From Candidatus Edwardsbacteria bacterium RifOxyA12_full_54_48 (GTDB taxonomy: Bacteria > Edwardsbacteria > AC1 > EtOH8): 64,000 nucleotides of DNA. The stretch covers positions 2,783 to 66,782 of the forward strand of contig MFFN01000009.1 of NCBI GenBank assembly GCA_001777915.1, in the 5' to 3' direction. Each line of letters starts with the position of its first letter. Positions within the stretch are counted from its first letter, which is position 1. The notes beneath the pieces are model-generated. The model was not told where the DNA came from, did no database searches, and worked only from the letters and a program-made list of their open reading frames with translations. The position numbers and the translations under genes were made by a program. Shown here one piece after another: positions 47,296-57,572 of the stretch.

Positions 47296-48270
47296 ATGAA
47301 GAACAGCAATAAGAGCATAGTCAACCTGGGCAGGAAGGTCATCAAGACCGAGGCCCTGGCCCTGAACGAATTGGCCGACCGTCTCAATGGCAATTTCGAC
47401 CAGGCGGTGGATGTTCTGTTTAAGGTCAAACGCAAGGTGATCGTCACCGGGGTGGGAAAATCCGGGCTGATCGGCCAGAAGATAGCCGCCACTTTGACCT
47501 CCACCGGCACCCCGGCCTTCTTTCTGCATCCCACCGACGCCCTGCACGGCGACCTGGGGCTGGTGCGCAAGGGCGACGCGGCCATCATCATCTCCAAGAG
47601 CGGGGAGACCGACGAGCTGTACGAACTGCTGTCTGTCCTGAAGAGGGTGGGGGTCAAGATCATTGCCCTGCTGGGCAAGCTGGATTCCCCGCTGGCCGGG
47701 CTGTCCGACGTGGTGCTGGACGTCTCGGTCAAAGAGGAGGCCTGCCCGCACGATCTGGTGCCCACCTCCAGCACCACCGCCGCCCTGGCCATGGGCGACG
47801 CCCTGGCCGTGGCCCTGTTGGACCAGCGTAATTTCAGCCCGGAGGACTTCGCCTGTTTCCATCCCGGCGGTGGGCTGGGCAAAAGGCTACTGCTGAAGGT
47901 GTCCGACCTGATGCTGACCGGGAAGGATGTTCCCATCGTCGCCAGCGGATCGGGCATGAAGGAGGCCCTGATAGAGATGACCGCCAAGCGCGGGGTGACC
48001 TCGGTGGTGGACGAGAAGGGCAGACTGCTGGGGATCATCACCGACGGCGACCTCAAAAGACTATTGGCCAGGACCAACGACATCTTTTCCTTAAAGGTGG
48101 ACGAGGTGATCGGCAGGAACCCCAAGACTGTTGACCAGGAGCGCCTGGCGGTCAAGGCCGCCAAGATGATGGAGGACCACCGGGTGACCTCCCTGCTGGT
48201 GGTGGACAAGGAGAAGAAGCCGGTGGGGATAATCCATCTGCATGACATAATGCAGGCGGGAGTGCTTTAG
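47296..48270 (+). CDS. kdsD: Arabinose-5-phosphate isomerase (KpsF/GutQ/KdsD family; SIS plus tandem CBS)
   Basis: VIVTGVGKSGLIGQKIAATLTSTGTPAFFLHPTDALHGDLG...SKSGET... followed by CBS pairs. Confidence 0.88.
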   Translation: MKNSNKSIVNLGRKVIKTEALALNELADRLNGNFDQAVDVLFKVKRKVIVTGVGKSGLIGQKIAATLTSTGTPAFFLHPTDALHGDLGLVRKGDAAIIISKSGETDELYELLSVLKRVGVKIIALLGKLDSPLAGLSDVVLDVSVKEEACPHDLVPTSSTTAALAMGDALAVALLDQRNFSPEDFACFHPGGGLGKRLLLKVSDLMLTGKDVPIVASGSGMKEALIEMTAKRGVTSVVDEKGRLLGIITDGDLKRLLARTNDIFSLKVDEVIGRNPKTVDQERLAVKAAKMMEDHRVTSLLVVDKEKKPVGIIHLHDIMQAGVL

Positions 48271-48347
48271 ATTTTTAAAATCTTTCCAGAAGATGGTAGA
48301 CATTTAATAGAAATTTATATACAACTTAACTAAATATTGGAGATAAC

Positions 48348-48827
48348 ATGGATACTTCAAAATTACGGACCCTTTATCAAAAAAATGAAATTGCCCATTT
48401 GTTTTTTGACTATATTGCAAATAGAAAAAATAATGCATCTGAAAGTCGTATACACCGTATAATATCTAATATAAAACAAGGCAACAATGATATTTCAAGA
48501 AGCCAAGTTATTGAACTTTTAAAAGAATTAGAAAACATCGGTTGTGGTGAGTTTGTTGCTGGTCGTCATGGTTGGCCTTCTAGATTTGTTTGGAACGTCG
48601 GTATGATTAGTGTTGGTAAAATCGCTCGAGGCGAATCACAAGAAGCTGAAGAGTTGCCAGAAGAAATTGAAACACAAGAGGAAGATATTGAAATGATTGC
48701 CCATGCATATTTTTTGCGAGCTAATATGCAAATTGAAATAGAGTTGCCGGATAATTTAACAAAAAGCGAAGCAAACAGAATGGCTGAATTTATTAAATCG
48801 CTTCCTTTTGAAAATAATGAACAGTGA
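48348..48827 (+). CDS. Hypothetical 159-aa protein on an AT-rich insert
   Basis: The composition is clearly lower in GC than the flanking LPS genes, the middle is acidic (EELPEEIETQEEDIE), and no family is recognised. Confidence 0.45.
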   Translation: MDTSKLRTLYQKNEIAHLFFDYIANRKNNASESRIHRIISNIKQGNNDISRSQVIELLKELENIGCGEFVAGRHGWPSRFVWNVGMISVGKIARGESQEAEELPEEIETQEEDIEMIAHAYFLRANMQIEIELPDNLTKSEANRMAEFIKSLPFENNEQ

Positions 48828-48987
48828 AGTATTTTGTAATAATTAAAAACACCATAAAAAACAAATGGTTTTTCGTTTATCTGGCATAACAATTCTGGTA
48901 TAAATTTTGCTGTGCTATTGACAAATGAAACCACGCTCCTCTAATTTATTGACAGATAAATCGTTATAAAAGACTTCAAATTTTATT

Positions 48988-49020
48988 AAGCGGCCTTTTT
49001 ATTAAAAAAGGCCGCTTTTT
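48988..49020. terminator. Bidirectional-looking terminator hairpin
   Basis: AAGCGGCCTTTT-TATT-AAAAGGCCGCTT flanked by T-runs and A-runs. Confidence 0.6.
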
Positions 49021-49036
49021 AGCTTGAAAAGGGCAG

Positions 49037-49936
49037 GTGGCTGTGGTAAATTTAACTGTGCGAAAAAAAATACGACGCCATATACAATACATCCTGATCC
49101 GGGCAGTTCTCTTTGTCATCCAAATACTTCCCAGAGGGGCGGCCGTCTTCGCCGCCGCCGGGCTATCCGGCCTGGCCTGGCGCCTCCTGAAAAAGGAAAG
49201 AAGGAAAACCCTCTTCAACCTGGCCCTGATCTTTCCGGAGCGCAGCGACCATGAGGCCGTGGGGCGGAAGGTCTTCAGGAACGTGGCGGTCTTGGCGGCC
49301 GATGCCTTCAAACTGTCCGAGCTGAGTGATAAGCAGATGAACGAACTGGTGACGGTGGAAGGGCGGGAGCATTTCGATGCCGCCTATAACCTGGGCAGGG
49401 GCCTGGTGGCCGTCACCGGGCATATCGGCTGCTGGGAGCTGATCCCGGCCTGGTTCTCCCGCCAGGGCTACAAGATCAGCGTCATCGGCAAGCGGGTATA
49501 TGATCCCCGGCTGGACAAACTGCTGATCAAAATGCGCTCCGGCCAGGGAGTCAATATAATCGACCGGGACAGCGGGGCCAAGGATGCCCTGCGCGATCTG
49601 CGCAGCGGCCATGCGGTGGGGATACTGATAGACCAGGACACCCGGGTGGCCAGCATCGACGTGGAGTTCTTCGGGCATCAGGCCAGCACTCCGGTGGGGG
49701 CGGCCGCCCTGGCCGACAAGACCGGGGCCCCGGTGGTGCCGCTGGCCATCCTCCGCCAGCCGGATGGAAAATACCTGCTGTCCATCAAGCCGGCCATAGC
49801 CTTCAACAACGATCTGCCCAAGCAGGAACGGATCCGGGCCATGGTCCAGGAGCAGACCCGCCAGCTGGAGGAGTTCATCCGGCGTGACATCACCCAATGG
49901 GTGTGGATGCACCTGCGGTGGAAGGAAAAGCCTTGA
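49037..49936 (+). CDS. Lipid A biosynthesis (Kdo2-lipid IVA) acyltransferase, LpxL/HtrB family
   Basis: VTGHIGCWELIP (the H-x4-E acyltransferase motif of this family), ILIDQD, FFGHQASTPVGAAALA; GTG start. Confidence 0.72.
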   Translation: MAVVNLTVRKKIRRHIQYILIRAVLFVIQILPRGAAVFAAAGLSGLAWRLLKKERRKTLFNLALIFPERSDHEAVGRKVFRNVAVLAADAFKLSELSDKQMNELVTVEGREHFDAAYNLGRGLVAVTGHIGCWELIPAWFSRQGYKISVIGKRVYDPRLDKLLIKMRSGQGVNIIDRDSGAKDALRDLRSGHAVGILIDQDTRVASIDVEFFGHQASTPVGAAALADKTGAPVVPLAILRQPDGKYLLSIKPAIAFNNDLPKQERIRAMVQEQTRQLEEFIRRDITQWVWMHLRWKEKP

Positions 49937-50044
49937 GTTAACGATTGATATAAGATGGTCGGACAGCGTCATACAATAGGGAAACGAAAGTCACTATCAA
50001 AAAGACATATAAAATCTTAGACATTTAATTGACATTCTTTTGCA

Positions 50045-50587
50045 ATGAGAAACAGATCGATATATATATTGTCATTAATATTACTGGCGGGGTGCGGGAC
50101 CAAGGACCAGCCGGCCCGGATCCAGCCGGTTCAAGGCAGAACGCCCTCCCAGACCATCGTGGATTTCAACCTGATCGAGACCATCCTGGGCCGCCGCTCC
50201 TGGGTGCTCAGGGCCGACCAGGCCGACACCTACGACCAGAGCCAGGAGGTGGACCTGCGCAAGCTGGATATTGATTTCTACAAGACCGGCACCGACTCGG
50301 TCAACGCCACACTGACGGCTGATTTCGGCAAGGTCAACATGGCCTCCCGCGACATGGAGGCCAGCCGGAATGTCCGGATGGTGACCAGCGACAGCCTGGT
50401 GCTGACCACCGACCACCTTACCTGGAATAACGATACCAAAAAATTGTTCACCGAATCGGCCATCCGCCTGGAGAAGGGCACCGACTGGCTGACCGGCGAC
50501 GGACTGGAGGCCAGCTCGGATCTCAAGGAGATCCAGATCAAAAGGAACGTCAGGGGCCAAAAAGATCTGTTGAACATAGAACGATGA
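50045..50587 (+). CDS. lptC: LPS export system protein LptC (lipoprotein form)
   Basis: LILLAGC lipobox; an OstA-like beta-jellyroll pattern (...NVRMVTSDSLVLTTDHLTWNNDTKKLFTESAIRLEKG...); position upstream of the lptA-like gene. Confidence 0.65.
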   Translation: MRNRSIYILSLILLAGCGTKDQPARIQPVQGRTPSQTIVDFNLIETILGRRSWVLRADQADTYDQSQEVDLRKLDIDFYKTGTDSVNATLTADFGKVNMASRDMEASRNVRMVTSDSLVLTTDHLTWNNDTKKLFTESAIRLEKGTDWLTGDGLEASSDLKEIQIKRNVRGQKDLLNIER

Positions 50588-51636
50588 GCTGCCTTGCCGG
50601 AATATTGATAGCCGCCCTGATGGCGGCCGCGGCGCCCGACACCAGCCAGCCCTACATGGTGTCGGCCAATTCCATGAAGGTCCAATTAGTGGGACAGGAC
50701 AAGGTGACCTGGCTGCGGGGAGGGGTGGAGATCATCCACGGGCCGACCGTCATCCGGGGCGACAGCGCCCGGGTGTCCACCCTGCAGGAGCAGGCCCTGA
50801 TCTGGGGCCATGTCCGGATAACCGACCGGACGGCCGAGCTGGCCGGGCAGAGCGCGGTCTACTTTAAAAGATACGGCCGGAGCGTCCTGCAGGGCCGGTC
50901 AAACCTTAGGGACGGCGGCTGGACCCTGACGGCCGATTCCCTGGTCCATCTCCGGGACCAGGCCAAGAGTTACGCCTTCGGCCAGGTGGAAATGCGGGAC
51001 TCGTCAGGCAAGAGCAATATCCAAAGCGACTACGGGGAATACTGGCACCAGGAGAGCTATGGCCTGCTGACCGGAAGCCCCAAGTACTCCATCACCGGCG
51101 GTGGCGGCAAGCTCAGCACCATCACCTCCGACCGGATGGAGGCCTATCAGCAGGGCCAGGTGGCCATCGCCACCGGCAATGTCAATTACTCCGAGGACAG
51201 CGTCTGGGCCTCGGCCGGTAGGATGTCCTACTTCAGGAACGAGGGCCGGTTGTTCCTGGAGGAGCAGCCCCGGGTGTGGCGCAGCGATGCCGACCTGTCG
51301 GGCCGGACCATTGAGCTTTCCTTCTACCGGGACAGTCTGAAGAACTCGGTGGTGCGCGATTCGGTGGTGCTGCGGCAGTTTTTGGCCGAGCCGGGCGACA
51401 TCGACCTGATCAAATGCGACAGCCTGTGGATAGAATTCTCCCAGGGAAAGCTCTCCCAGGCCCGGGCCACCGGCAGCGCCTGGAGCCGCTACCACCAGCT
51501 GGACAAGGGCCAGGTCTCGGGCTGGAACGTCACGGCCGGCGACCAGATGGAATTTTATTTTACCCAAGGTAAGATTGATAAACTCAAGGTGAATCAAAAA
51601 TCTCGGGGTGCCTATTTCGAATTGGAGAAGCCATGA
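50584..51636 (+). CDS. LptA/OstA-domain protein (350 aa, extended)
   Basis: ATGA overlap with lptC; repeated OstA-like strands (ANSMKVQLVGQDKVTWLRGGVEIIHGPTVIRGDSARV...). Confidence 0.55.
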   Translation: MSCLAGILIAALMAAAAPDTSQPYMVSANSMKVQLVGQDKVTWLRGGVEIIHGPTVIRGDSARVSTLQEQALIWGHVRITDRTAELAGQSAVYFKRYGRSVLQGRSNLRDGGWTLTADSLVHLRDQAKSYAFGQVEMRDSSGKSNIQSDYGEYWHQESYGLLTGSPKYSITGGGGKLSTITSDRMEAYQQGQVAIATGNVNYSEDSVWASAGRMSYFRNEGRLFLEEQPRVWRSDADLSGRTIELSFYRDSLKNSVVRDSVVLRQFLAEPGDIDLIKCDSLWIEFSQGKLSQARATGSAWSRYHQLDKGQVSGWNVTAGDQMEFYFTQGKIDKLKVNQKSRGAYFELEKP

Positions 51637-53033
51637 GTCCCACTAAGATGGGATTAAGGCAGGAACTGCGACAGGTGCTGGCTCCGGAGATGCTGCAACT
51701 GCTGAAACTGCTGCAGCTGCCGACCCTGGAACTGCAGCAGCTGGTGCGCCAGGAGCTGGAGATCAATCCCCTGCTGGAGGAGATCCTGGAGGAGCCCTCC
51801 AGCGATATGCAGAAGGAGACGGAGGAACGGGAGGAGCACAACGAGCCGTCCCCGGAGCTGGACCGCATCGACTGGCGGGATTACATGCAGGAGGGGGTGG
51901 ACGACCGGTACCTGAAGAACCTGGAGCCCACCGAGGAGCCCGAGGGCCCCATCATCGCCCAGAAGGACACCTTTCAGGATTATCTGCTGTTCCAGTTGAG
52001 GACCTCGGCGGCCGATCCCCAGGCCACCGCCATCGGAGAGTACCTGATCGGCAACCTAAGCGACGACGGATACCTGACCACCACCCTGGAGGAGGTGGCC
52101 CAGGCCCTGGACCAGGATATAGGCGCGGTGGAGCGAGCCCTGGCCGAGGTCCAGAAGCTGGACCCGCCGGGGGTGTGCTGCCGGGATCTGCGGGAATGCC
52201 TGCTGATCCAGCTGGGGATACTGGGGCAGGAGGAGAGCCTGGCGGCCAGGATCGTGTCCGGCCACCTGGACGACCTGGTGCACCAGCGATACCCGGTCAT
52301 CGCCCGGGCTTTGGGCGTCCTGGAATCCCAGGTGCTGCAGGCCCGGGAGCTGATCTCTTCGCTGTCGCCCAAGCCGGGGGCCAGTTTCACCAGCGACCAG
52401 TCGCAGTATGTCTACCCCGACCTGGTGATAGAGAAAAGGGACGGGGAATACCTGGTCAGAACCAACGACCAGGCGGTGCCGCGGGTCAGGCTGACCACCG
52501 GCTACCGCCAGATATTAAGCCAATCCAGAAAATCCAGCCCCCAGGACCGGGAGTATGTGGTCAAGAGGCTGGAGGCGGCCCGGTTCATCGTCCGGATGAT
52601 AGAGCAGCGCCGCCGGACCATGAGCCGGATAATGCAGGCCATCATCCAAAGGCAGACGGAGTTCCTGGACAAGGGCATCAGGTACCTCAAGCCCCTGACC
52701 ATGAAGCTGATAGCCCAGGACATCGAGATGCATGAATCCACCGTCAGCCGGGCGGTGCACAACAAATACGTGATCACCCCCAACGGGATGCTGCCGGTGA
52801 AATATTTCTTCGGGGTGGGGCTGAAGTCCGATTCCGGGGAGGATTCCGCCAAATCGATCAAGGACACCATCGCCGAAATGATCAGGCAGGAGATCTCCCA
52901 AAAACCCTTAAGCGACCAGGAGATCGCCGATAAGCTGAGCCGCCAGGGGATCACCATCGCCAGGCGGACGGTGGCCAAGTACCGCGAGGAGCTGAAGATA
53001 CTTCCCACCAAATACCGCCGGGAAAAAAGATGA
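51633..53033 (+). CDS. rpoN: RNA polymerase sigma-54 factor
   Basis: N-terminal LRQELRQVLAPEMLQLLKLLQLPTLELQQLVRQELEINPLLE; C-terminal HTH and RpoN box ...ARRTVAKYREELKI. Confidence 0.95.
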   Translation: MSPTKMGLRQELRQVLAPEMLQLLKLLQLPTLELQQLVRQELEINPLLEEILEEPSSDMQKETEEREEHNEPSPELDRIDWRDYMQEGVDDRYLKNLEPTEEPEGPIIAQKDTFQDYLLFQLRTSAADPQATAIGEYLIGNLSDDGYLTTTLEEVAQALDQDIGAVERALAEVQKLDPPGVCCRDLRECLLIQLGILGQEESLAARIVSGHLDDLVHQRYPVIARALGVLESQVLQARELISSLSPKPGASFTSDQSQYVYPDLVIEKRDGEYLVRTNDQAVPRVRLTTGYRQILSQSRKSSPQDREYVVKRLEAARFIVRMIEQRRRTMSRIMQAIIQRQTEFLDKGIRYLKPLTMKLIAQDIEMHESTVSRAVHNKYVITPNGMLPVKYFFGVGLKSDSGEDSAKSIKDTIAEMIRQEISQKPLSDQEIADKLSRQGITIARRTVAKYREELKILPTKYRREKR

Positions 53034-53920
53034 GCATTACGGAAAGCAAAACAATAAAATCCGGTCCGGGGCGGCTGCCCGGCCATTTCAAACAGCGGGT
53101 CGTCAGGTCCCCCAAGGTGGAGGAGGTGGCCGGCACCTTGAGCCGCTTAGGCCTGCATTCGGTCTGCGAGGAGGCCCGGTGCCCCAACCGCAACCATTGC
53201 TATTCCGAGGGCACGGCCACCTTTCTGATAATGGGAGGCAGCTGCACCAGATCCTGCGGGTTCTGCGCCGTCAGCAAGAGCGCTCCCCAAGGGCTGGATC
53301 CCGAGGAACCGCGGGCGGTGGCCCGGGCGGCAGCCGAACTCAAACTGAAATATGCGGTGGTGACCTCGGTCACCCGCGATGATCTGGAGGACGGCGGGGC
53401 CGGCCATTTCGTGGCGGTCATCGAGAATATCCGGCTGCTGGATCCCCCGGTCCTGATAGAAGTGCTGACCCCGGATTTTAGGGGCCGTCCGGAATCGATC
53501 GATGCGGTGATCGCCGCCGGGCCGGATATCTTCAACCATAACCTGGAGACCATCGCCCGGCTGTATCCCCTGGTGCGCCCCCAGGCCGATTATAAAAGAT
53601 CACTGGGACTGATAACCAGGGTCAAGAAAAACGGCCTGACCACCAAGTCCGGGCTGATGGCCGGGCTGGGAGAATCGCTGGCCGAGATAAAGGCCGCCAT
53701 GTCCCATCTGGCCGATGCCGGCTGCGACATCATTACCATCGGGCAGTACCTGGCGCCATCGGCCCTGCATTATCCGGTGGCCCGGTATTGGGAGCCGGAG
53801 GAATTCGAGGAATGCCGGGCCTACGGCCAGGATCTGCTGGGCCTCAAAGCGGTGGTGGCCGGACCCCTGGTAAGAAGCTCTTATTACGCCCACCAAACAT
53901 ACCAGACCATAAACCATTAA
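53030..53920 (+). CDS. lipA: Lipoyl synthase
   Basis: VCEEARCPNRNHC plus the radical-SAM motif CTRSCGFC, and ...SGLMAGLGES... Confidence 0.93.
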   Translation: MSITESKTIKSGPGRLPGHFKQRVVRSPKVEEVAGTLSRLGLHSVCEEARCPNRNHCYSEGTATFLIMGGSCTRSCGFCAVSKSAPQGLDPEEPRAVARAAAELKLKYAVVTSVTRDDLEDGGAGHFVAVIENIRLLDPPVLIEVLTPDFRGRPESIDAVIAAGPDIFNHNLETIARLYPLVRPQADYKRSLGLITRVKKNGLTTKSGLMAGLGESLAEIKAAMSHLADAGCDIITIGQYLAPSALHYPVARYWEPEEFEECRAYGQDLLGLKAVVAGPLVRSSYYAHQTYQTINH

Positions 53921-53935
53921 CCGAGGAGGGACAAA

Positions 53936-54256
53936 ATGGATCTGAACATCACCACCAGGCATTTCGACGGGCTGAGCGATTCGCTGCGGTCGGATATCGA
54001 AACCAGGATGGTCAAGCTGGAAAAATTCTTCGACCGCATCGTGGAGGCCAAAGTGATCTTAAGCGAGGAGAAGAACCGGCAGATCGCCGAGGTCTCAATC
54101 CATCTGCCGGGCGGGGTCCGGTTGCTGGCCAAGGAGGAGGCCGGGGACATGTGGGCCGCGGCGGAGCTGGCCATCAAGAAGATAGAGATCCAGGTCAAGA
54201 AGGTCAAGGACCGGAAAAAGGACCGCCAGCGAACCACCCTCAGGAAATCGCTATAA
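53936..54256 (+). CDS. hpf: Ribosome hibernation promoting factor (short HPF / sigma-54 modulation protein family)
   Basis: MDLNITTRHFDGLSDSLRSDIETRMVKLEKFFDRIVEAKVILS...; conserved neighbourhood with rpoN. Confidence 0.82.
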   Translation: MDLNITTRHFDGLSDSLRSDIETRMVKLEKFFDRIVEAKVILSEEKNRQIAEVSIHLPGGVRLLAKEEAGDMWAAAELAIKKIEIQVKKVKDRKKDRQRTTLRKSL

Positions 54257-54277
54257 ACCAACCAACCGGAGGCGCCC

Positions 54278-55246
54278 ATGAAAGCGGTATTGGTAAAGGA
54301 GCTGCTGGCCGACCGCCAGGAGGCCCTGCATTTGGAGGTCCTGACCGGGGATAGCGGCCTGGACCGGAAGATAATCATCGCCGACACCAACCGGCCCGGC
54401 CTGGCCTTTACCGGCTATATGGGCTATTTCCTGTGGGAGAGGGTGCAGATAATCGGCATCACCGAGACCGGCTACCTGGAGACCCTGCCGTCGGATAAAC
54501 GGATCGAGGCCATCAAGCGGGTCACCTCTTTCGAGCTGCCCTGCATCGTGGTCACCAAGAAGCTGGGGGTGCACCCCGAGCTGCTGTCCGAGGCCAAGGC
54601 CAGGAATATTCCGGTGTTGAGGACCGATATCGACACCACCGAGTTCATTCACCGGCTGTCGTCCTACATCGACAACATGCTGGCGCCCACCACCACCATG
54701 CACGGCACCCTGGTGGATGTCTACGGGGTGGGCCTTTTGTACACCGGCGACTCCGGCATCGGCAAGAGCGAATGCGCCCTGGACCTGATCGAGCGGGGAC
54801 ACCGGCTGGTGGCCGACGATGTGGTCACCATCAAGAAGCGGGGGGAGAGGGTGCTGATGGGCTACGGCAACCAGATGCTGCAGCATCATATGGAGATCCG
54901 GGGGATCGGGATAGTGGACCTGACCACCCTGTTCGGCATCCGTTCGGTGCGGATGCGCAAAAGGATAGAGGTGGAGGTCCGGCTCAAGCGCTGGTCGGAC
55001 GACGAGGATTACGAAAGGCTGGGGCTGGAGGAGAAGCCCACCACCATCCTGGGGGTGGAGATCCCCTTGATCACCGTTCCGGTGGTGTCGGGCAAGAACA
55101 TCAGCGTGATCTCCGAAGTGCTGGCCATGAACCATCTGCTGAAACTGTGCGGATACAGCAGCGCCGAGGAGTTCAACAACCGGCTGCTGGATTCCATGCA
55201 AAAGAAGTTCGAGTCGGCCCGGTTCGTGGAGGACGATCTGGAGTGA
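54278..55246 (+). CDS. hprK: HPr kinase/phosphorylase
   Basis: HGTLVDVYGVGLLYTGDSGIGKSECALDLIERGHRLVADD...EIRGIGIVD. Confidence 0.93.
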   Translation: MKAVLVKELLADRQEALHLEVLTGDSGLDRKIIIADTNRPGLAFTGYMGYFLWERVQIIGITETGYLETLPSDKRIEAIKRVTSFELPCIVVTKKLGVHPELLSEAKARNIPVLRTDIDTTEFIHRLSSYIDNMLAPTTTMHGTLVDVYGVGLLYTGDSGIGKSECALDLIERGHRLVADDVVTIKKRGERVLMGYGNQMLQHHMEIRGIGIVDLTTLFGIRSVRMRKRIEVEVRLKRWSDDEDYERLGLEEKPTTILGVEIPLITVPVVSGKNISVISEVLAMNHLLKLCGYSSAEEFNNRLLDSMQKKFESARFVEDDLE

Positions 55247-55414
55247 CAGGCATCCTTTTCCTCCGCCAAGACCGTGAACGGCCTGCTATGGTGTGCGGCT
55301 ATCGATGACGTCTAACCCAGACCTTAAGGTCTGGGTTAGGACAGTACATGCGATGATTAAAGGCCATTTATGGATGACGGATCGAACGCTGCCACTGAAA
55401 GTTAAATCAACTCA

Positions 55415-55480
55415 ACTCAACCCCAACCCTTCTCTTGACCTTTTGCTGGACCAGTCGAAGTGAAGGGAGAGGGATGGGGT
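55415..55480. repeat. Palindromic element, family 2, with a central insert
   Basis: AACTCAACCCCAACCCTTCTCTTGACC...GAAGTGAAGGGAGAGGGATGGGGT. Confidence 0.55.
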
Positions 55481-55499
55481 AAAAAATAATAAATCAATT

Positions 55500-57572
55500 A
55501 TGCCCAAACTTAAATTTATATTCGGGGTTCACAACCACCAGCCGGTGGGCAATTTTGATTTCGTCTTCCAGGAGGCGTATCAAAAGGCCTATCTGCCGTT
55601 CCTGGAGATGGCCGCCCGATACCCCTGGTTCCGCTTCACCATCCACAACAGCGGATGCCTGTGGGAATGGCTGGAGGCCAATCACCCGGAATATTTGGAC
55701 AAGGTCAAGGTCTTGGTCAAATCCGGGCAGGTGGAGCTGATGGGCGGGGGCTTTTATGAACCGGTGCTGCCGGCCATTCCGGAGGACGACCGCCGTGGCC
55801 AGTTGGAGATGATGTCCGGATATCTGAAGGATAGGTTCGGTGAAACTCCGGCCGGGGCCTGGGTGGCCGAACGGGTGTGGGAGCCCTGCCTGGCATCGAC
55901 CCTGGCCGGGGCCGGCATCAAATACACGGTGCTGGACGACTACCACTTCAAGTGCGCCGGAAAACAGGAGAAGGACCTGGGCGGTTATTACCTGACCGAC
56001 GACCAGGGCCAAACGCTGTCGGTTTTTCCCATCAGCCAGAAACTCAGGTACCTGATACCATTCCATGACGTGGACGAGGTCATGGCTTATCTCCGGGAGC
56101 TGTATGATGCCAATAATAAGGCCCTGGCCATCCTGGCCGACGACGGGGAAAAATTCGGCATCTGGCCCGGAACCTATGACCATGTCTATACCAAGGGCTG
56201 GCTGGAACGCTTCCTGGAAAAACTGTCCCAGAACCTGGACTGGATCGAGCTAAGCACCTTCTCGGAAGCGCTCAAGGAAACATCCCCTTTGGGACGGATA
56301 TATCTGCCCACCGGATCCTACGCCGAGATGGGCCAGTGGGTACTGGAGCCGGAATCCGAAGTGATCTATCGGGAGTTGGCGGACCGTCTGAAGAATGATG
56401 GCAGCTACCAGCGCTACAGCCCGTTCGTCCGCGGGGGGATCTGGCGCAACTATCTGGTGAAATATCCCGAATCCAACAATATCTACCGCAAGATGCTTCA
56501 CATCAGCGGCAAAGCCGCAGGCTCCGGGGATGATATCAAGCGGGAGCTGTACCGGGGACAGTGCAACTGCGCTTACTGGCACGGGATCTTCGGCGGGCTT
56601 TACCTGCCCCACTTGCGGGAAGCCCTGTACCGGCACCTGATCCGGGCGGAGAATTTGGCGAACAAGGAACGGCCGCCGGAATATCCCACGGTTGAAAGGA
56701 AAGATTTCGACGGGGACGGGCATCAGGAGATCCTTTTGTCCAACGACAAAATGAACCTCTACCTCTCCCCGGAACAGGGGGGGACGATATTCGAATGGGA
56801 CCTTAAAGAAAAGGAAATAAACCTTTTTGACACCCTGGCCCGCCGGCCGGAGAATTATCACCGCCAGATAGCCGACATCGGCCACGGGGACCAGGGGCAG
56901 GGGAAGAGCATCCATGAGACGCTGACCGCCAAGGAGCAGGGCCTGGAGAAACTTCTCCATTACGACAGATTCCGCCGGGTGGGATCGGTGGACCATCTGT
57001 TCGTCGAAGGAACCACCCTGGAGGAATTCATTGCCTGCGCCCATAAAGAGACCGACCAGACACTGGGCTCTAAGTGGGAGGCCGGAACATCCCAGGAGGG
57101 CGAGCTGATAAAAGTAGAGCTGGCAAAAATATCGGGCGATCTTCAAATATCAAAAACCATATCTCTAGGTGCGGACGGATCGTTTGGGGTTCACTATCGG
57201 TGGACCAACAACGGAAAGGCGGGCCTTGATATTTGGCCGGGGGTGGAGTTCAATTTCGGCTTGCTGTCATCCGGGCCTGGGAGGCATTGCAGCTCGCCGG
57301 ACCCGCTGATCACCGAAAGGCTGGATCAGCCGGCATCCGACAATGCGATCAGCCGGCTGACGGTCCACGACCAGCATCGTAAAATGGAGATAGTTCTCTC
57401 CCTGAGCCGGCCGGCCGACCTGTGGCGGTTCCCGGTGGAGACGGTGTCCCAGTCGGAATCCGGCCTGGAAAGGAATTACCAGTGCTCTTGCTTTTTATGG
57501 CATGCCAAATTAAGATTGGAACCCGGGGAAGGATACAACCTGAACTTTGAAGTAGGATACAAAGGGGTTTGA
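55500..57572 (+). CDS. Glycoside hydrolase family 57 enzyme (alpha-amylase or 4-alpha-glucanotransferase type)
   Basis: FIFGVHNHQPVGNF...GQVELMGGGFYEPVL...AWVAERVWEP...ILADDGEKFG. Confidence 0.82.
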   Translation: MPKLKFIFGVHNHQPVGNFDFVFQEAYQKAYLPFLEMAARYPWFRFTIHNSGCLWEWLEANHPEYLDKVKVLVKSGQVELMGGGFYEPVLPAIPEDDRRGQLEMMSGYLKDRFGETPAGAWVAERVWEPCLASTLAGAGIKYTVLDDYHFKCAGKQEKDLGGYYLTDDQGQTLSVFPISQKLRYLIPFHDVDEVMAYLRELYDANNKALAILADDGEKFGIWPGTYDHVYTKGWLERFLEKLSQNLDWIELSTFSEALKETSPLGRIYLPTGSYAEMGQWVLEPESEVIYRELADRLKNDGSYQRYSPFVRGGIWRNYLVKYPESNNIYRKMLHISGKAAGSGDDIKRELYRGQCNCAYWHGIFGGLYLPHLREALYRHLIRAENLANKERPPEYPTVERKDFDGDGHQEILLSNDKMNLYLSPEQGGTIFEWDLKEKEINLFDTLARRPENYHRQIADIGHGDQGQGKSIHETLTAKEQGLEKLLHYDRFRRVGSVDHLFVEGTTLEEFIACAHKETDQTLGSKWEAGTSQEGELIKVELAKISGDLQISKTISLGADGSFGVHYRWTNNGKAGLDIWPGVEFNFGLLSSGPGRHCSSPDPLITERLDQPASDNAISRLTVHDQHRKMEIVLSLSRPADLWRFPVETVSQSESGLERNYQCSCFLWHAKLRLEPGEGYNLNFEVGYKGV

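Noticed and set aside
55303-55330. Perfect 12-bp palindrome CTAACCCAGACC-TTAA-GGTCTGGGTTAG after hprK as an operator or att site
   Set aside because: It is a single occurrence in the window and lies about 55 nt after the hprK stop. It is most simply a transcript-end hairpin without a T-run, and there is not enough evidence for a regulatory call.
51000-57000. Sigma-54 promoters (TGGCAC-N5-TTGC) near rpoN and elsewhere
   Set aside because: TGGCAC occurs only inside coding sequence or the tRNA (for example ~51043, ~56575, 30271) and without a correctly spaced TTGC. No credible -24/-12 promoter was found.
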